Positions 1-11,121 of a stretch of DNA of 64,000 nt are shown piece by piece. Where the stretch lies: positions 868,001 through 932,000 of the forward strand of contig MU058221.1 in assembly GCA_013265495.1 (NCBI GenBank), given 5' to 3'. The notes beneath the pieces were generated by a model that was given only the letters and a program-made list of their open reading frames with translations, was not told the DNA's origin and did not search any database. The stretch is from Vicugna vicugna. Lineage: Eukaryota. Each line of letters starts with the position of its first letter. Within the stretch, counting starts at the first letter, position 1. The translations under genes and the position numbers were made by a program.

Positions 1-109
1 ATTGTCATTTCCCTTAAAGAGCTTTTAATATAATTAGGAAAATAAAAAGATTAAAAAAATGAAGATGTAAAGAAAGATATAAAGACATAAAAAATGCCCT
101 ACGCAGTTT

Positions 110-345
110 CGTGATTTAGTTTAGGATGTGAGGTCTTGAACTGGAAAAACTGGGTTTGAATCCCTGTCCTAACATTGATTGGTTGTGAGGCTTTATTCAT
201 GTTGACTATTCAAATACTCAGTTTCTAAATTTTCCTTAAATATTTCCTTAATATTAGGTTATTATGAGAATTAAATGGTACAATGTGCATTTCGGACAAT
301 GTCTAACATGTATTAAGCTTCCAGTAAATGTTAATTACTTATCAC
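110..345 (+). mobile_element. MIR SINE (degraded)
   Basis: ctgggtttgaatccc B-box-like motif, ctcagtttc core remnant, gttattatgagaattaaatg and MIR-like 3' end taaatgttaatta. Confidence 0.6.
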
Positions 346-1689
346 TACTTCTACTGCTACAGTTACGAGTGGAAACACTGCTTCTAATCATATATGGTCC
401 ATGTAAAAATACTAATGAACAGAAAACAAGAATAATTATAGTTAATGAAACTGAAAGATTACTGAGGACTGCTGTGTTCAAGGAAAAGTTTAAAGGAAAG
501 ATGGGGTCTGTATTAAGTAACGTCTGTCTTTATCTTTCTCTAACGAAAAGGAAAAGAAGCTGGTATAAGGATAAATTTGGAAGAATATTTCTGGGAAAGC
601 AACAGTTCTGATAAGACAGCAGATTTGTGAAGGGAAGTAGGTGAAGACGGATCAAGTCGATGTTTAAAGTTAACATGCGTGGCCTTTATCTTGCAGTAAA
701 CTAAAATTCATCTCTCCTAAATAAATTGCGCACGTTACTCAAATCATAAATGCTACAGTAAAACTATGAAAATTATAATACTCAAGTGGTAAGTATTTTT
801 ACAAAAATCTACTACCCTCCCAGCTATACTGTCTTTTTTCAATCCTCTAAATGCAATGCCCAGTGTAAAATACAAAGGAGGGAAACATGAAATAAAGAGC
901 AAGGTGCTTACAGAGGCAGAACATCCCTCTGTTGGGTGATGCGTTTTAAGAGGTCACAGCCACAGTAGGATCTCTGCACGCCAAAAACTGAGCCTGAGAA
1001 ACAGATCAAGAGATAATGGAAAAGGAAATTCTTCAAAAGGGATCAGAGCTGCATGCACTCTAATGACCCATTTGATTTTATAAGTTCCATCAGCAATTCT
1101 AAGGGCACATATCTCAACCTTTTATCCTCAGGGCTTAGCCAAAATTAAGTCAGCTAACAACGTTAACAATGGGCAAGAGAGTGGAATTCTGTTTACTGTG
1201 GCTCTAAAGAGGTTTCCGAAGTAGCTTCACTGGCAAGGAACGGATCCTCTTAGCTTCCTTGGCTTCAGAAACGTTTGTGCAGTGAGATCCTTTCCCCTCA
1301 GTTAACCCGCTCCCCGGCTACCTGGGCAGTGGTCCGAAGGCGATCGTGAGCTTTAAACTAGGAATGGTTTTCTGACAAAACTCAGATCAAATAAGCACTA
1401 TTTACGATAGCTGTAAAATGATCAAGAATAGTACTTTAAGACAGAAAATGGAAATGTGTAAACCGCAGAATTTCTCACTCCATCAGTAATACTAGACGTC
1501 TTTAACTGAAGTAGCCTTTCCTCCTCTTTCTTCTTTTTTTCCAATTTTTAAAATGAAGATCCAGGTTATACTTAAAAGATGTTATGTGGTACAATTTTAG
1601 AAGTTCTGATGTAGAAAGTATATTATTTCTTTCTAAGAGAAAGTATTTTAAGATGTGTTATTGAGCCTAACTCCTCATCAAATTGTCCT

Positions 1690-1729
1690 AAAACAAAACA
1701 AAACAAAACAAAACAAACAAAAATAAAAC
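1690..1729. repeat. (AAAAC)n microsatellite
   Basis: direct reading: aaaacaaaacaaaacaaaacaaaacaaac. Confidence 0.95.
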
Positions 1730-1970
1730 CTGTATTTGAAGGCTAAAAGTCCAAAAGGAGAGAGGATAGTGGTGTCGGAGATGTTAGATCAATAACAGAA
1801 GTGACTGATTTCCTAAATCCTTATGTCTGTTCAATTCTGTATTAGCACGTTTGTATAGTCGATGTTACTACTGCTTAACAAGACGGCTAAATAAATTCTG
1901 TGCATCTAAGTCAGCAAAACAGAGAGACATTTTTTGATCAAACGTTGGTTATTGCTTTCTCTCCTCACAG

Positions 1971-2007
1971 GGTCTCATACAAGTGATGGGTCAATGTGTT
2001 ACACCAG
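1971..2007 (+). other. candidate plus-strand exon containing ATG at 1986
   Basis: acceptor ttgctttctctcctcacag|G, donor CAG|gtttgg (weaker), ATG in gtgATGG context; motif evidence only. Confidence 0.22.
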
Positions 2008-2205
2008 GTTTGGATACCACTGCTTCTGTGGAACGGTTTGATGACCAGGAGCCCACTTGTGTTCCTTGCATGAACATTAATTTCCTTATCTGCGTAATGG
2101 AGAATAGGATAACCTCCCTCATAGAGATGCTTTAGAAATTAGAGGAAAAGTGTACAGGGAAATGCCTGGAATGTGACAGCACTTCACAGACGTCAGCTAT
2201 GACTA
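2005..2205 (+). mobile_element. MIR SINE
   Basis: tttccttatctgcgtaatggagaatag core, ctcatagagatg and MIR-like 3' end. Confidence 0.6.
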
Positions 2206-2366
2206 CGTTTAGTTGATCACTGCCTTTCTCCTCTTCTTTAGGAAAGAGGGCATTCTGATTTTTTATAAACGTGCTGATTTACACATAAAGGTGAATTTTC
2301 TAAGTTCATTGTTTTTGCTTTTCGACGTCTTGGGCCCTTCCCAGTTCTTGACAAGATCTAACTTAC

Positions 2367-2436
2367 CTAAAGGGAAGTCATTCCACCCATGAGAAAAATT
2401 ATGTATAAAGTAGGGTTGTGGTAGTGAGTTGGAAAG
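2367..2436 (-). other. candidate minus-strand exon (70 nt), probably non-coding
   Basis: minus strand: ttttattaactattaggtttcag|CTT...TTTAG|gtaagt (consensus donor). Confidence 0.35.
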
Positions 2437-2599
2437 CTGAAACCTAATAGTTAATAAAATCACTCCAGCATTACTTCTACTTTTTTGAATAGAGTGCATA
2501 TTAAAATGTCCTCGAGCTTTTATTGTATGCTATGTCGCTGGTAGTGAAACAAGAGCATACAGGATATTTAGATGTTTTCTTCACTTTGTGTTTTCACAG

Positions 2600-2701
2600 G
2601 ACCCAGGATGAGATCAGGTCTTTGCTCTTTTTCTGCTCAAATCACTCTTTTGATGCAGACTTTTGTCCCCAACTGGATGAAGGCCTTTGTCGTGCTGGGC
2701 G
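2600..2701 (+). other. candidate plus-strand exon (102 nt, phase 1-1)
   Basis: acceptor ttcactttgtgttttcacag|G, donor GCG|gtaaat; open in two frames. Confidence 0.28.
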
Positions 2702-3214
2702 GTAAATTGATTTACCTGACAGTGTAATAGACTAAGAGACACGACCATCTTTGAGAAAGGAAAAGGCAGCTTAGTAGCTTCAGTCTTCAAAAAAGCAAAA
2801 TCAAATAAGGTTTCTGAAAGTGGACATTCATTCCAGCCCAGAGTGCAGACAAGTGAATAAAATGAATCTTCACAGAGAAGATGAGATTAGATACAGAATG
2901 TTAAAGCTGGATCAGGCCGTAAATTTCACCCAGTCTGAGCCGAGAGAGCTTCGGTCACTCGTCCAAGGTCACGCCGCGTGGCTGGTGGCACACGGGCCTC
3001 ATAACTACAAGGCCCGCATACGATTTCCGTGCGTCAGACATTCAAAGCTGCGGCAGCAAAACGCACGGAGCCTGCAGCCCCTGAGTCGGAGAACGTAAGT
3101 CTCAGAGACTTCCCCTTCCTCACGGTTTCTTTCCTTCACGTCATTCAATTATTTTCCTCTCATGCAACGGTGTGAGAGTGACATGCAGTCTTTGAGATTT
3201 ATAACCATTCTTAC

Positions 3215-3291
3215 CTAAGATAATTTAAAAAGTTCCTATTACTGTTTTCATCACTTTATATCCAATAATGGATATCAAACACGAACCAGCA
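3215..3291 (-). other. candidate minus-strand exon (77 nt), non-coding
   Basis: minus strand: ctgctttgcacaaacag|TGC...CTTAG|gtaaga; stops in all three frames. Confidence 0.3.
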
Positions 3292-3896
3292 CTGTTTGTG
3301 CAAAGCAGTGAATAAACACCCCTATTTACGAATCCGTTTGATGTCAACTGCATTTCAAATTTTGAACTTAGCTGGGTGATTCCTCCGTCATCTTATCGAA
3401 GTTTCCCAAGGCAGGCGTGTCAGTGAGAGTGTTTTACATCATTAATTCCTCGTGTCACTAGTGCATTTCAGTGAATTAATAAATGAGTAAATGAATTTGC
3501 AGAATAGCACATGGATACTCTTACATATGTACTACGTCATAGGTAACTTTTAGATGAAAGAACCACGTATGCATGGAAAGTTTTTATAAAAAGTAATTTG
3601 GGTGGCACAGCACCGAATAATGCAATATAACCATTAATGAGAAATTCCAAGGGAACATTAGACTTCATAGAACTAAAGACTGGACGAAGGAGGCCTCTCC
3701 ATTAATGTGCACCAAAATATTTGTGTATTCACAAGTATTTTATAATTCATTTAAAAAATAAGTGTAATTGAACATAAAAAAAGGTGAAAATTTTACAGTC
3801 TCACTTGGAAGGATTTAAACTGCTGCCAATCATCTCACCGTTTCAGATCCAGTCAATCCCATTTTTATTATAATTGTACTTTAACATATCCTACAG

Positions 3897-4091
3897 GAGA
3901 ACAGTTAAGAATTAAAAGGGGTGAAAAATGTTCGGCCTTATTTCCAAGGGAAATTTGGCAAGTCTCAGGGACTGGACGAGAGATCAAGCTCTCCGTGCAG
4001 AGAAGCCTTTTCCAGAGCCAGAGCCAGAGACACAGCCAGACCAGGGTCCTGACGAGGCAGAACCACTCAGCCATCCTAAGAAGACACAAAG
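3897..4091 (+). other. candidate plus-strand exon (195 nt) or terminal exon reading to stop at 4249
   Basis: acceptor tactttaacatatcctacag|G, donor AAG|gtaacg; continuous with ORF-track 3995..4249. Confidence 0.28.
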
Positions 4092-4310
4092 GTAACGAGC
4101 AGGTGGGGGATTTCCACCAGGTAACCACCCTGTGCGTGTTGATACACCGGCTCTTTGTCTACATAGAATGCCAGGCGAGACTGCAGAAGGTCTCGATATT
4201 TGTAAATTCTTCAGTGCTGTCCTGCCAGCAAAGCAGATTGGCAATTTAAACCTGTTTCCTGGCTGGTCATCTTAAGAAGATGGGTGCCTCCTTGTATTTA
4301 AGCTACTTAC

Positions 4311-4420
4311 CACCGAAAGGAGCTGAAACTTCTATTTCAAGCTGCAGCTGCCAAATGGGTAACAAATGTCCACTTATCCCATCGCCCCGCAGGAGTAAGT
4401 CCTCTCTCCTTGAGCAAAGC
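4311..4420 (-). other. candidate minus-strand first exon (5' end approximate)
   Basis: consensus donor CGGTG|gtaagt at 4311/4310, no good acceptor upstream, promoter-like motifs directly 5'. Confidence 0.35.
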
Positions 4421-4510
4421 GTAAACAAGAGCCTTCCTTCTTCCCTCCCTCCTTCTTCCTTCATTCCTTCCTGCTCCCGCCCCTCTCATTTCTTCTGCCC
4501 CTTGCGCTTG
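4400..4510 (-). promoter_or_regulatory. putative non-CpG promoter with GC box and forkhead site
   Basis: GGGGCGGG on minus strand at 4476-4483, TTGTTTAC on minus strand at 4421-4428, GA-rich tract, all upstream of the 4311 donor. Confidence 0.35.
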
Positions 4511-6344
4511 CCAGGCGCTGTGTTGGGCTTTGTGGCTCCCCTGGGGAGCCTTTATGGAAATAACCATCATGGGAGGCAGGCAGGATCGACAAGACTGGTG
4601 CTGCCGCTGCATTTGGGAGAGAGGGACCCCGTCCTGAGTCCCGGGCTTCAAAGGCGTGGCCGATCACATGCACAGGCCCAGAACGCTCTAAGGAACGCCA
4701 CCCCCTTGTCACGCAGAACCTAGCACTCAAGCCAGCACAGGGTGACTCTTCCTCTTAAAAGTCCACTTTCACAGCAATGTTGCTTAACATCTCAGGAAAG
4801 CATCTCTCCACACTGTCGCCCTATTCCTGTAAAACCGAAGGCAACCGAATCTGACTGCTGTGAAAACGCACGTGCGTCCAGCACTGGGAAGTGGCAACGC
4901 TCTGGGAAGGGGGGAGAGAGCTGCGCCGTGGATGGGCTCAGCTAAGAGACAAATATTCATGTATATACTTTTCAAGTTAGCGTGAAGGCAGCAGCTTCTT
5001 GCCTAGTGAAGTATCACTTCCCAGAACTGTGGAGCATTCGTTGTTTCTTTTCCTGTATTATTTTCTTTGTGCTTCTTGAGGTCCTCACACTTCCGTGTAA
5101 TTTTCGTGGAAGAGGCACATAGCAGCCGAGAATCATTTTGCGGTATGAAATAATTCCACCATAAAGTAGCCTATATAAAGTTTAGACATACTTCATGGGA
5201 AGTGTGATCCTTGCTCTTAACGTTGGCAAACCGAAATGTTCATCCTGCTCTGTAAAGCTCAAACTGCAAACAGTTTTATTACTATGAAAATATGCTATGC
5301 TATAAATTCAGTTTGTTTTTAAAAAGCGAAATCAAATGATCTTGATATAAATATTATTTTAAATGATTCCCATTAATTAAAATTAAAAAGCAAAACAAAT
5401 TAGAAAATACAATTTTAAATAATTTAGAGGAAAGTACATTGTCTTAAGTTAATAACTTGATTTACTTAATTTATATTTTTATTAAAATGTGTTTTAATTT
5501 GTAATCCTTTTGAGGATTGAGGGTGAGTACAAAGATTGTTAGGGAAATGGGAAATTCAAAAAAGTAACACAACGAAAAAACTGAAAATGGAAGGAAATAG
5601 ACAGCCTTTAGAGAGGCCATTCACTTTCATTTTTAAAAACTTGAGGCAGTGAAGTGGAGCATATTTTTGTGGGGCACAGCCCACTTAAAAGGTGCCATCA
5701 GGGCGATATAAAGTCTTTACTGATGAGTATTTAGTTCCTTCATTGCTGATTGAAACGGTGAAACTGAAGGAAAAAATTATTCCCATGAAATCCACTGCTT
5801 GAATCGGTCAGAAGGAAGCTTTAGAGCTTTACATTCTTTACCAGTTGAAGACTGAATTACCCATAGAAACACTGGAGAGGCATGTGTGCTCCTGTCCTGT
5901 ATGTGCTTGTAGATGAGAAAACGTCTCTGGCAGGGCACCTGGGGGACTCCAGGCTGGGATGTACGGGCTGGGTGGAGAGAAATGCTTTCTCCACCTGTTA
6001 AACGCTGTGTATGTTACTTATCAAAATAGTTTTTAATTTCAAACTCTTTTTTAAAAAATCCTCGGTAAAAGTGAGGAAATTGTTTCACAGCTCATGTGAG
6101 TCAGTTCCCTTGGTCTCCAGTGTTTGCAAGACAAGATACTATAGCCCACAATTCTCTACAGTATTTAGCAAATAATTGGGTGCCATTTACCAGGCAGGTC
6201 AAGATCTGCGCGGACAACATAGAAAGGCGGGCAGACCTGCGAGCTGACGCAGAGCGTTGCTTCAGTTTTGCTGCGATAGCTTTTCAAACATACTTTTCAT
6301 TTCATCTTACCTGATGCCCTCACATATTATTAAACTGCAGATCT

Positions 6345-6905
6345 CTTCCTTCATTCAACACACTTTGGAGAATGTGTTCAACAGTGTGCATTAAAGCACA
6401 CAAAGGCACGGCTCCTTCTTGCCCGGAGTCCACCAGGGGGGCGACAAAGTGAAACAGGCGAGTGTGGCAGGAGTTCATCGTGAGAAAGTCTTAAAACCGG
6501 GACACGATGGGACGACACAGGAGAAAACGCGTCGCTCAGACGGGCCAGCAGGAGTTGGCTAAGGCAGGAAGCGGGGGTGTCTGAGATCTTCCCAGGCTGA
6601 GGAATCAAGGCAAAGGCGAGGCTCCCGGCCGCTGGGGTCTGAGTTACGGCGGATAGACCGGAGAGGAGAGCAGAGCGCCCTGGCTCGCCTGGGGCCTCGC
6701 GCTGCGTTATGTAGCGAGGAGTTTAAATTCCAACCAGGGGGCTCTGGGGAACCACTGACAAGTTTTTAGCAGGCAAGTCGCTGCAATCAGATTTGTGTTT
6801 CAGATTTGTGCTACAGGGTGGAGAACAGACTGAGAGAGGGAGGAAGACAGCCAGAGACCGTTAGGAGGCTGCTGGAATTACCAGTCAGAATGATTATGGT
6901 CTAAT
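6345..6905 (-). mobile_element. LINE-2 3' fragment
   Basis: ttcattcaaca L2 tail complement; gggaaccactgacaagtttttagcagg, atcagatttgtgtttcag and gttaggaggctgctg are L2 hallmarks. Confidence 0.7.
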
Positions 6906-7009
6906 CAGAAGAAGGAGGCGGCGGCAGGGACGTACACACAGCCACAAAATTACTTGCGGATTAACTTGTTTGGGGGTTGCCACCCTGGGCATTCACGGGC
7001 CTCCTGCAG

Positions 7010-7197
7010 TCCAGGTTTGCCTGGGTCAACAAGTTAGAATGCAGATGCCCAGTTAAATGTGAATTTTAGATAAACATACAATAATCTATTAATATTAATA
7101 TATCCCATGCCAATTTGGAACATTTTGCTAAAAGATTACTCTTTAATTTTCTGAATTTTAAATCCAAACAGGTGTCCTGCGTTCAGTGTGACAACCA
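7010..7197. mobile_element. MER53-like palindromic hAT MITE
   Basis: gcccagttaaatgtgaattttagataaac ... tcccatgc ... ctgaattttaaatccaaacaggtgtcctg ... gacaacc matches the MER53 fold-back consensus as recalled. Confidence 0.65.
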
Positions 7198-7544
7198 CAC
7201 TTTGATAGCGCATTGCATATCTACCGCATTTTTGCAACATTCAGGAATTTTTCGATCTTCTAACACAGCTACGGGTTTAGGCTTCACTTAATACAACTCA
7301 GAATTTTAAATCGAGGATACCAGAAAAAGCAAATCGAAGTAAAAGAAAAGACTGGAGAAAAGGAAAGCTAATTGTGTGACGACAAAGCAGATGTGAATAA
7401 AAAAAAATCGAAGGAACTTTTCTTCATTCTGTTATAATGCCTCTGGCTTCCATCCAGATGTCCATGCAGGAAAGGGAAAAACGTCGTGATATTTGGGACC
7501 ATCAGTTTCTCCACATCGCTGTTTTCTTTCTCTCTTCCTTGCTG

Positions 7545-7573
7545 TTTTTTTGTTTTGTTTTGTTTTGTTTTTG
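7545..7573. repeat. (TTTTG)n microsatellite
   Basis: direct reading. Confidence 0.9.
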
Positions 7574-7649
7574 CTCGGTGGAGAAAGGTTTATGACTGAG
7601 AGTTAATATCTGAGAAAATACTCATCTAAATCTTCACGTGTATAAGCTC

Positions 7650-7810
7650 AATACATTTCTAAAACCATTGATGAGGTAGATATTAATGTTATCCCAGTTT
7701 TAAGATACCTCCTTTCTAAAGAAGGCTCAAAGGGGTTACAATTTTACCTGCAATCACAAGGCTAGACCCCAAAGTAGCCAGTGCTTCAATTTAGACAGTT
7801 TTGACTGTGT
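7650..7810 (-). mobile_element. MIR SINE
   Basis: atgaggtagatattaatgttatcccagtttta ... gaaggctcaaaggggttac ... atcaca pattern. Confidence 0.55.
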
Positions 7811-8498
7811 CACAAACCAACTGCCTGGACGAGACCGGCTCAGCTACCACTTATCTTGAGTCTCCTTGGTTAACATACAGGATTGTATAAGCTGACAGTT
7901 CTTAATAAATTGCTCTGACGCTTCCGTCACAGTTAGGTTGCGCCTTCTGAAAATTCAGTCTAACATAAGCATTGTCTTGATAAAGCTGAAAATGCATTTG
8001 CTCCTTGTGCACAGGGACAAATGGGACTTACCGACCGGTGATGTTTTCAAAACTGAATTTCTGTTCTTCAAGCCCATTGGGCACCGACTTATTTCCAATT
8101 ATTTACGACACTCAAGGAGTCACTTCCTATTGTGTCTCAGTGCTGTTCTCCGTAGATGTTATTTTCTTAAATGAACCAGTTTTTGTCCTAGTTGTTGCTA
8201 AGTTTAAAATAATTAGGTACAAATGGATGCATTTCTATGACATGAGCCGAGAGACAGGGAGTTACTTTTGCTCATTATTAATGATTTCATCTCTTTCCTG
8301 TCTTGCAACTGATATTTGCACTGAAACCTTTCTTTGAACGTTATTAAAATCAGGATTATGTCTGGAACCATTGAGATGCTATTACTAAGAGAAGCTTAAT
8401 TTTGTTAACTTATTTGTTAGGAACACAAAGGCGATCCATCCGTTTAAAGCTGACATTTTAAAGACGGATCAACACGTAACAGTGCCCCATGCGCACAT

Positions 8499-8545
8499 AT
8501 GTGTATGTGTGTATGTGTGTCTGTGCGTGTGCGTGTGCGCGTGCA
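8499..8545. repeat. (TG/CG/TA) alternating purine-pyrimidine simple repeat
   Basis: atgtgtatgtgtgtatgtgtgtctgtgcgtgtgcgtgtgcgcgtgc. Confidence 0.85.
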
Positions 8546-9981
8546 TCCAGTTACGTGTCTTCCACGTTTACCGTCAGCAGGCAAGTAATCTTTCCAGCTG
8601 CTGAGCTCAACAGACTTTGTTTCTGTCACTTCTATGGCTTTCATCATTTGAGGAGCTTGTGTTCAAGCTATTTATGCATATTTCTTGTCTCCCCTGAGAT
8701 TTTTACCGGTAGGAAGTGTGTTTAATTCATCGCTACATCTCCCACGGTGCCCACACGCAGCTTTGCACACTGTGAGTGCTTGTTAAATGTTTGTTAACTG
8801 AATGACAGAAGAAAGTAAATGTAGTTTATTTGACCTCTCAATGTAGAAGTGTTTTTTTTTATTAAAATGCAGTCAATCCAGGGCCTATAAAAGCTTTTTC
8901 CCAGACCTTTCTTTTATTTCTTACTGATTTTTTTTCTCAAATTTTAAATTATTTTTTATCAATAAAGTACCATCTTCTTTCGACTGCAGATGTGAGGTTA
9001 TAAAAGGGATTTAAGATGAAAATAGGAAATACTTGAGATGTATTATCCTGTCTTCTGATGATACGATCCTTCTATATTAGCCAGTGAAGCATAGCATTTC
9101 TGTTATAGTGACTTAACTGAACAGCCTAAGAACACCAAAGACCACGAGCTGATTCCACGGAGGGTCTCCAGAGCATAGTGACGGCTTCAGTGTAGGCCAC
9201 CAGAATTGCCCTCCTTTTGGTACAAGAAGTTGACTGAAATGAACAAAGGTATATAAAAGCAGAGAAATTTTGCATCAGTGCTGTTCATGGGGAAGGAAGA
9301 CACCCACAGTCTGCAGCCCTCAAGGGGTCTCAGCGTAATTCAGCTAATGGAACCTAATTTAAGGGCAATCATTTACTTCCTGCAATGACAACACAAGCTG
9401 CTGCTAATTAAACGGGAAAACACACACACACAAAGAATGTCACAAACAAGTCTTAATTTAGAAAGGTGATAGCTGAGGGAAGGACTGATAGAGTTCCTGT
9501 GGCCACTGCAGGTGAAAAAATTATTTCCAAGTCAGCCGATTTGGAGCAAAGTTTAAGAGCAAGTGTAAGTGTGGACACACTGAACAGAAATCACCTACGT
9601 TTCTGTTTGGTAAGGGTTTCCCCTGATGCCACTGGCCCCTTTCTTATGCCAACCAGCGACAGAGGAGGCAGGGCACGCCACCCTGTGTTTGCGAAGTACA
9701 GACAAGTGGCTCAGAAAAGCTGATCTCTGTAAGGACTGCTTGAAACAACACAGTGAGGGAAGTCAAGTGTCAAAATACCCCTCCTGGGATGGCCCATGGC
9801 GGTCCATACGCTTTAGTTTCTCCAACACTAACCCAACCAGCTAAACCTGCATCCATCACCTTCCCACGCCTGAATCTCCAGAAGGAATGTTTTAGCAGTA
9901 GATGTGCTAAGAGTAAAGAGATCTAAAATAGATCACTTATATTATTTTGAGGTGAACATAAAATCATTTTCCTTCTTCAAG

Positions 9982-10236
9982 AAAGGGGGTGGGAAGGGAT
10001 AAATTTGGGGGTTTGAGGTTTGCAAATGATAACCACTATATATAAAAATAGATTAAAGAAACAAATTCCTTCTGTATAGCTCAGAGAACTATAGTCAATA
10101 TCTTGTAATAACCTTTATGAAATATAATATGAAAATAAACAGATGCATATATGTATGTATATGCATGACTGGGACATTATGCTGTGCACCAGAAACTGAC
10201 ACATTGTAACTGACGGTACTTCAATTAAAAAAAAAA
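9982..10236 (+). mobile_element. 5'-truncated L1 3' UTR with poly(A), artiodactyl/camelid type
   Basis: gggaagggataaatttgggg...ctatatataaaaatag...caatatcttgtaataacc...gctgtgcaccagaaactgacacattgtaactgac...caattaaaaaaaaaa. Confidence 0.85.
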
Positions 10237-11121
10237 GAATAAATGAGAACAAATGAAATCATGCACTTACGTCAACAAAAAAGTAAATCAAGACAACACT
10301 GACATGAGATAAAAGAACAGTACGTAATATAGATCTACTACAGAAACAGATGATTGTAAAACTTGACTTTCATTAAAATTATTGAAATAAGAGGTCTGTG
10401 TTCTTAGAAGGAAAGAAGAGTTTTATAAACACTGGCACGCAAAAATGCAAACATAGTTGCTTCTCTGTGCACTGAAGCTAGAGGGGAAAAAAAGAGTATT
10501 TTTTAAAATTGATTTTCTTATCTTTTGTTAACAATCTTGATCAAATTATATTTGTGTTAGAATTGTCATCAAAACAAGGAAACCTCACAACGGTAGTTTG
10601 TCCTTTCCAGACAGAACATAGCACAATTACTCTCAAAGGTCATAGGAATTAGGGTCGTGGGACAAGAAGGTTGGGCTCAACCTTGACCACAAGGGCCTTT
10701 TAATACCTACATGCTCGAAACTGTCAGGACATAGTTTGTCCTGACCGCAAGCGAGAAAGCCACTTTGATGTCCTGGGCAAAAATGTCCCTGGATAGCAGT
10801 TCAAAAAGTTGTACCTTAAAGGGAAAGCATGAAACAGAGAAAGGGGCCCCTTTCCTGCAGGTGAAAATGTGAAAGTCCTGTCTTTTGATGTCCTTTGAGT
10901 ATAATTAAATTAGTAACAGAAAAGGAAGTTCAGTCCATTGGATGATCTGTGTGATAAACTCAGGTTTTTGAAAATTCAAAGGCAACTGAATTACTCATCT
11001 AAATTAAATAGCTGTTATCATCTCATTTCTGTAAAAGATGTGAAAAGCAGCAAATGGTGACCAAGGCGGACGTTGTCTCTCAAAGAATACTCTGATTTCC
11101 AGCAGCTGAAGCATTTCAGGC

